Positions 57,230-64,000 of a stretch of 64,000 nt of DNA are shown in pieces. The position numbers were made by a program, and so were the translations under genes. The stretch is from contig CM022666.1 in assembly GCA_012295275.1 (NCBI GenBank), forward strand, positions 8,556,001 to 8,620,000, in the 5' to 3' direction. Position 1 is the stretch's first letter. Each line of letters begins with the position of its first letter. The notes under the pieces are model-generated. The model saw only the letters and a list, made by a program, of their open reading frames with translations, was not told the origin of the DNA and did no database searches. Origin of the DNA: Chrysomallon squamiferum. Its lineage: Eukaryota; Animalia; Mollusca.

Positions 57230-58678
57230 TAATCGATTGTATTTTTTCTTTTTTTTTAACTGCAGATTCCAATAAAAACATTATTTTCTACCCCACTGAA
57301 CATTTTCATTCTAATTTCACCCCCCACATCTCTCTTATCTCCCCTGGTAATGGCATCAAACGACTTTATCCGCGGTATTGTTTTCAAAGGGCGATAATTA
57401 AGTCTGGCCGCATTGTCGGGTCAACAGAGTTGTTTTTTCATACTTTAATAAATAAGATTTACTGTTTGCTATCGCCGGCTTCGATTCGCCATAACGAGAT
57501 CACGCGTTCGCGAGATCTACCGAACACGACTGGAGGTTACGCTGCCAAGTTATCGTAACTTAATAAGTGTGATCTATTCTCGTCAATTCTCGCTCACTCG
57601 AGACTTTGGGCTGTTTTCATAATTTTATGGAACAACCTCTTCTGCTGGTCGGCAACACCAATTTCGTATAATTGTATAATGGAGGGCTTTGTCATCGCTT
57701 GCAAGAAGGCCACTTTTGCATGTCCATGTTTACACTGATCTCCTAGCCAAAAGACGCTTTTCCGAACACTTTTTCGCGTTTAATTCAATTCGGCGGTGCC
57801 CGGGGGCTAGTTTCAACGCCGCGAACACGAATCAATTCAAATCGAGGCTACGAGTTTCTTTGCCGTCGTTTACTTTCCATTGCTACGTTATGACTACTTT
57901 GGAGCGCAGCTCGATCGAATTGCTTTTATGAAAATAATTCAAGGATTTCACGCGCATACCGTGGAATCCACTTGGCTGTTTTTCAACCTCTTCCAGCGCA
58001 CACACCCCGGGGGTATGAACCGCAGGGTGAAACCAGCTCATATTGACACTGCCAACTTGCGCTTTGAAATATCAACACTGGGCGAAAAAAAAAAGCATAA
58101 AAGAGAAAATACGTAAATAAAAGATTAGCAATATGTCGAAATCGTGTCGTTCTGTAGATTTCTGAAAGCGAAAAATTCAGTCCTGGTTGCGTCTCGAATG
58201 TAAATATTTGACAAGCAGTGAAATAACAATGAGATATAAACGCAGAATTGCTTACCGAGTCAGAAGTAGGCTTAATTACTCTCGAATGCTGCTTGAACAT
58301 TTATCGTTTGTTGCTACACCTGTGTGAGAAGGGAGACATCATTAGAACGTCAAACACTGTAATTAGAAAAATAATAATATGTGTGTAGATTCTAAAAGCT
58401 TAGAGAGAAAAGTAGCTCAACCATTGTTTACAGTCTTCTGATCTGTGGAGACTTGCTTATGTATAAATGGATGTAAATTTAATGTATCAGTGTTAATGAA
58501 TTAATTAACTTATACACACACATACATACATCTGTGTGTGTGTGTGTGTGTGTTTTATATATATATATATGAAACAACATATTTATTTATTTATATTGTT
58601 TTAATTTATATATTTAAGAAATTAATTTTGCTTTTACGTATGCATGTTTGTATATGTATATGTATGCGTATATTTGTA

Positions 58679-58751
<73 letters not shown>

Positions 58752-59137
58752 GATTTTATTAGCATACATATTTTATAAATATTCCATTGTTTTTATTTAC
58801 ATTATTTATTTATTTATTTATTTATTTACTTATTTATTTATTTATTTACTTACTTAATGCCAAATTAATTTTCATCGATATGCAGGTCTAATAATTTATG
58901 TTTGAGTATTGACTTAAATTTGTAAGATTAATAAACACAACAATAACAACATCGAAATAATAATAATAATTATTTAGTTAAAGACAGACTTAACCTAAAA
59001 CTGATATTTTGATTAAATCGAAATGTACTCAGGTCTTTTTTGTGTAATGACGGTTATTAACTGTGAAACGTATAATCTGGACTCAAAAAACAAAGCTCTG
59101 CCGCCATCTTCTGCTTACTCTTATTCACAATACAGAA

Positions 59138-59645
59138 CGTATCAACGTACTTACCATTACATACCTATCAACGTACTTACCATTACATACCTATCAACGA
59201 ACTTACCATTACATACCTATCGACGTACTTACCATTACATACCTATCGACGTACTTACCATTACATACCTATCGACGTACTTACCATTACATACCTATCG
59301 ACGTACTTACCATTACATACCTATCGACGTACTTACCATTACATACCTATCAACGTACTTACCATTACACACCTATCAACGTACTTACCATTACATACCT
59401 ATCCACGTACTTACCATTACATACCTATCGACGTACTTACCATTATATACCTATCGACGTACTTACCATTACATACCTATCGACGTACTTACCATTACAT
59501 ACCTATCGACGTACTTACCATTACATACCTATCGACGTACTTACCATTACATACCTATCGACGTACTTACCATTACATACCTATCGACGTACTTACCATT
59601 ACATACCTATCAACGTACTTACCATTACATACCTATCGACGTACG
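59138..59645. repeat. 26-bp minisatellite, about 19 copies
   Basis: Unit ACGTACTTACCATTACATACCTATC(G/A) in head-to-tail array. Confidence 0.95.
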
Positions 59646-62200
59646 TACATATTAATGACTATTGCGCTTCTTTCGTGGGTATAGTGAACAGATGTATTGA
59701 TTAGCAACACTGTTTTGTATTTCTTCTAATTAAATTGAAAACATAAACGATTGTGTTTGATATTTATTCACGTAGTGCAGGGTTGGAATGGGAAAAAGTG
59801 GCTTGATCCAGTGACGGGCAGTGTCGCAGGTGTCAGTAATTATTATGGTGTTTATTAGCATGAGAAAGAAAATGAAAAAGAAGATAAGAAAAGAAAGAAG
59901 AAAAAAGAAACGTAAAGAAGAAGAAATGTAATCATAATAGATAAGAAAGAAAGAAAAAAGGAAAACAGTTAAAAATAATAATAATAATAAATAAATTGAG
60001 AAGAGAGAAATTAAAAAAAAGAAGAAGAAGAAGAAAGTCTCGATCTAGACATTTTGTCTTAATTCCTAAGTCATGCACAAACCAACAGCGTCTGCTTACA
60101 TAGCGTGTACATGACGTCATTAAAACGTGTGTACTTTTTGCACTCGTACGACAATACCGCGATCCACACGTTTCAACAGCAGCTCATAATCAAAGGCAAT
60201 TAAAATAACGCTCGCCGGATTGTAATTTGATTTTGTTTTGATTCTTCCCGATCAAACATTTGTTGTTTGAAGAACCCGGAACTCGGACCAAATTGGCCAA
60301 ACCTGCGGTCACTTTTTCGTCACGAGCGACATCAAGATGAGCGACAGATCGAGATGGCCGCTGCAAGAATTTCGCTCTAATTCTCTAGGATCGCAAGAGT
60401 TGTTATTTCCAGTTTACTTGGAGGTTTCAAAGTTTGTTTTATCGCGACAAAGGCGGCCGCAGGCATGCAAAGCATATTTGCATTATAGGGTGTAGATGGC
60501 TTCGAAAACTTCAGATGTTGCTAGAAATATGTGACCTTTGACCTGTGGAGAATTGTCCTGCGCGGAGAATAAGGAAGTGTGTGAAGGCGTGAAACAAGGC
60601 CGGGGATTTTGTAAGTCAAGAAACTCAAGATCTTAACAACGTGGGAAATAATCGCTGTAAGAGAGGGTGGAACGTGAAATTAGAGCCACTCGGAGCTAAT
60701 TCGATACGTAGAAGAAAAAAGTAATTAAAGAAAAATAACCCAAAAAATTTCGTGTTTTAAGTTTTTGAATTTACTCTTAGGGTACAATTGTGAAAGATAA
60801 AAAAATATGTATATATTTGTCTTTGTGTAAATAAAAGGTTTATTTGGAGGTATATTTTACTATTGTAATTTCTGTGTGGTATTAGCATTGTGTGTATTTG
60901 TGTGTGTGTGTGCGCGCGTGTGTATGTATGCAGGCGTATATATGTGTATGTATAAGTAAATATAAATGTAGTATGTGTATGTGTATATATATGTATGTAT
61001 GTATGTATATATGTATATATGTATTTTTGTATGTATAAATACCTGTGTGTGTGTGCATGTGTGTAAATATATATTTACATATGTTCTAACGTATTTACGT
61101 ATGTATTTATATACGTGTACATTATGAATGCTTAACTGCAACAGAATAAATTATTAGAAATAAAAAATGAAATTTTGTCTTTGTAAAAAAAACCAGCAGT
61201 AATATAATTCCGTCATCTGTCTCTTGACTTTGCCGGATATCGTCTGCTTGTCGCTCGTGCTGACAGTACGTGCTTTACCGGGTGTCCACCCTGGTTTTGA
61301 CAGAGGCGGCGGATTTGGCAACGAGACTCGATGAAGTCGCCCTTGCACCCCCGCAACTGACCTGTGACCCCGGCGTAGGATTTCAAGAGATTGTGGGAAC
61401 CAAGCAGACGATCACACTCAACAACACCATCGTCTGCTTGGCGGGAAGAAGCAGCCGAAAGACAGAAACAAAGGAGAGAAAAAGAAGAGAAAACGACTTC
61501 GTTGGTCTTACAGACTTAAACCTGCTATGTAAATTTTGAATTACTATGCAGATCTTGTCGTAGTTGTGTTTGCTGAAAGCACTCAAATCAGTGGCTGCAA
61601 ATGAAAAAAAAAAAAGTGTATATTTTTTTTCTTCTCTATCTCAGATCGTGATGGCTGGATGAGGCAGACATTTAAAATCTTAGCAAGAAGACTTTGATCT
61701 TCTTCTGTATTTAAGCTTTTACTTCATGTTTATCCTTAACTGTTTCTTTAAGATGCGGAGTCTAAGAAACTTTGAAATGACTTTCATGAAGAAGAAAAAA
61801 ATTACAAAAAGAAAAATCTTCTTTTTCACCTACTTTTCTACCGAGCCATACTCGTTATCAGTTGCCGTTTTTTCCCCATTCTAACTTGGACACACAACTG
61901 ATGTATCTGTGGGAAGGTGTATAACATAACAGACATCTTGTCTTTAGACAAGCCAAGAAAGTCGAGACGTTTACCTCTCACCGTGTTTAGTGTTAACAAC
62001 GTAGTTTAAAAAATGTTTTCTGTAGCAATATGAAACATACACATTAGTAAGTAAAACAATTCTCCAAAGAAAAGTGGCTGAATTTTCTTTCGCTTGTTAT
62101 CACCACACACACACACACAAAATAAAATAAATTAAATTAAAAAATAAAATAAAATAAATAATAAATGTACAAATAATAAATAAATAAATAAATAAATTAA

Positions 62201-62263
<63 letters not shown>

Positions 62264-62427
62264 ACAACTAAATAAATAGTTAAATAAGTAAATACAGTAA
62301 CATTTATTTATTTATTTATTGTAATTGTTGTTGCTCTTATTATGTCGTTTATTACCACTGCTACCACTACTCAATAATAATATAAATAGTAGTAGTAATA
62401 ATTATAATGATGATGATGATGATGATG

Positions 62428-62483
<56 letters not shown>

Positions 62484-63255
62484 TAACTAACTAACTAACT
62501 AACTTACTAACTAGTCAGATAATCAAATAAATAAATAAATAAATAATCTCTGAAAACAAAACTGTAGCAAAACTCGAACTACTTTCTGACCTCTCGAGGT
62601 CAAACATCGCTGCTGAGTGTTTAAAACGGACACGTCTGCGTTGAAAAGACGTCACCCAGTAAATGTATTTTTCAACAACATCGCAAATACTTGGTAAACC
62701 TCCACAATAAAAAATAGATAGAAAGTCTTGTAAAGCTTTTAACTTGGGCCACAATAGCTGAATGTAGACTCGTACAGAGCATTGTGAGGCAGAAGAATGC
62801 GAGAACGGTTTCTCTTTAACAGAAGAAAACATGGCAACAAAAACGTCACAGAATGATTCTTGGCGCCATTACAAAGGTCAGATTAAAGCGATAAAAGAGC
62901 CGCAAAGATGACAAGGCGATGGCAAAGTGTGTGCTTTTTTTTTCTTTCTTCTTTTAATTCTTATTCATTTTATAAAAGATAAAGAACTGAAGAACAATAA
63001 AAGAATTAATAAAGAACAGGAATTAAAAAAAAAAATGTATCCTACTATTAATAATAGCAACAACAACAATTATAATTAAAATAAAATAAAATAAAATAAA
63101 ATAAGATAAAATAAAATAAAATAATTTAAAATAAAATGAAATGAAATAAAATGAAATAAAATAAAAATAAAATGTAAAAAATAATAAATTATTTAATTAA
63201 CAGAACAGCGGCAGCAATATTAAAAAAAAGAACAGATCAACATAATAATAATAAT

Positions 63256-63375
<120 letters not shown>

Positions 63376-64000
63376 TAATAATAATAATAATAATTATAAT
63401 AACAATATAAATAATAATAATATACATTAATAAATAAATAAAAAAAAAAAAAATAAAAATGAAAATGAATTAAAAAATATAAATTAAATAAAATGAAACA
63501 AAATAATGAAAATAAAATACAATAAAATAAAATAAAATAAAATAAAAAATAAAATAAATTCATAATAAATAAAAAAGAGTTATTTATTTACTTAACTACT
63601 TACTATTTTACTTTCTTCTTATTTATTACTTTGTCAGCACACAAAAACACGCACACATTTTTCTTCATTTTTTTAATTTTTTCATTGTAATTATTATCAA
63701 TGTAATTTTTTTTTTTGTTGTCGATTTTATTATTTAAATCTATTTTATTTTCCTTTGATTTTTTGTATCACTTTTATAAATACTATTATACTAAGATATA
63801 TATATTGCACATTTGAAGAAGAGAGAAATAAAAAATAAAAATGACAATTGTAATTATTCCGTTTATGCCTTAGTTATCGTCTTTTTAAATATAATAATAA
63901 TAATAAATAAATAAATAAATTAATAAATAATAAATAAAAAGAGTGAGAGAGAAAACGTCACCAAAAAGATAATAAACCACAATAAACAGAATCACACACG

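Noticed and set aside
59023-59704. Two ORFs longer than 200 aa
   Set aside because: Translations of a 26-bp tandem repeat that happens to lack stops.
61270-61539. 89-aa ORF with plausible composition
   Set aside because: Non-ATG start, no recognisable domain and no partner exons.

Overview
AT-rich, microsatellite-dense animal genomic DNA with spliceosomal introns. The composition is compatible with an octopod mollusc, but the taxon cannot be proven from the sequence. Most ORFs in the supplied track are translations of simple repeats. Real content: (1) the 3' part of a seven-finger C2H2 zinc-finger gene (1-1579), split by a one-base excess in an A8 run. (2) A tandem, + strand cluster at about 3.5-35.6 kb of five related loci (A, truncated duplicate A', B, C, D). 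They encode small single-pass membrane proteins built from a signal-peptide exon, symmetric phase-1 micro-exons (15-93 nt) and/or one TSP1-like exon, a TM exon and a short tail. The loci share a GATGACG motif at the 5' end and show exon-cassette duplications, an inverted duplication and mostly amino-acid-changing differences between recent copies. (3) A decayed CXC-domain DNA transposon (about 9.6-12.1 kb). (4) A single-coding-exon ankyrin-repeat gene (40814-41380). (5) MITEs, minisatellites and a gene-poor last 22 kb. All gene models were read by eye from splice signals and reading frames and need RNA confirmation.
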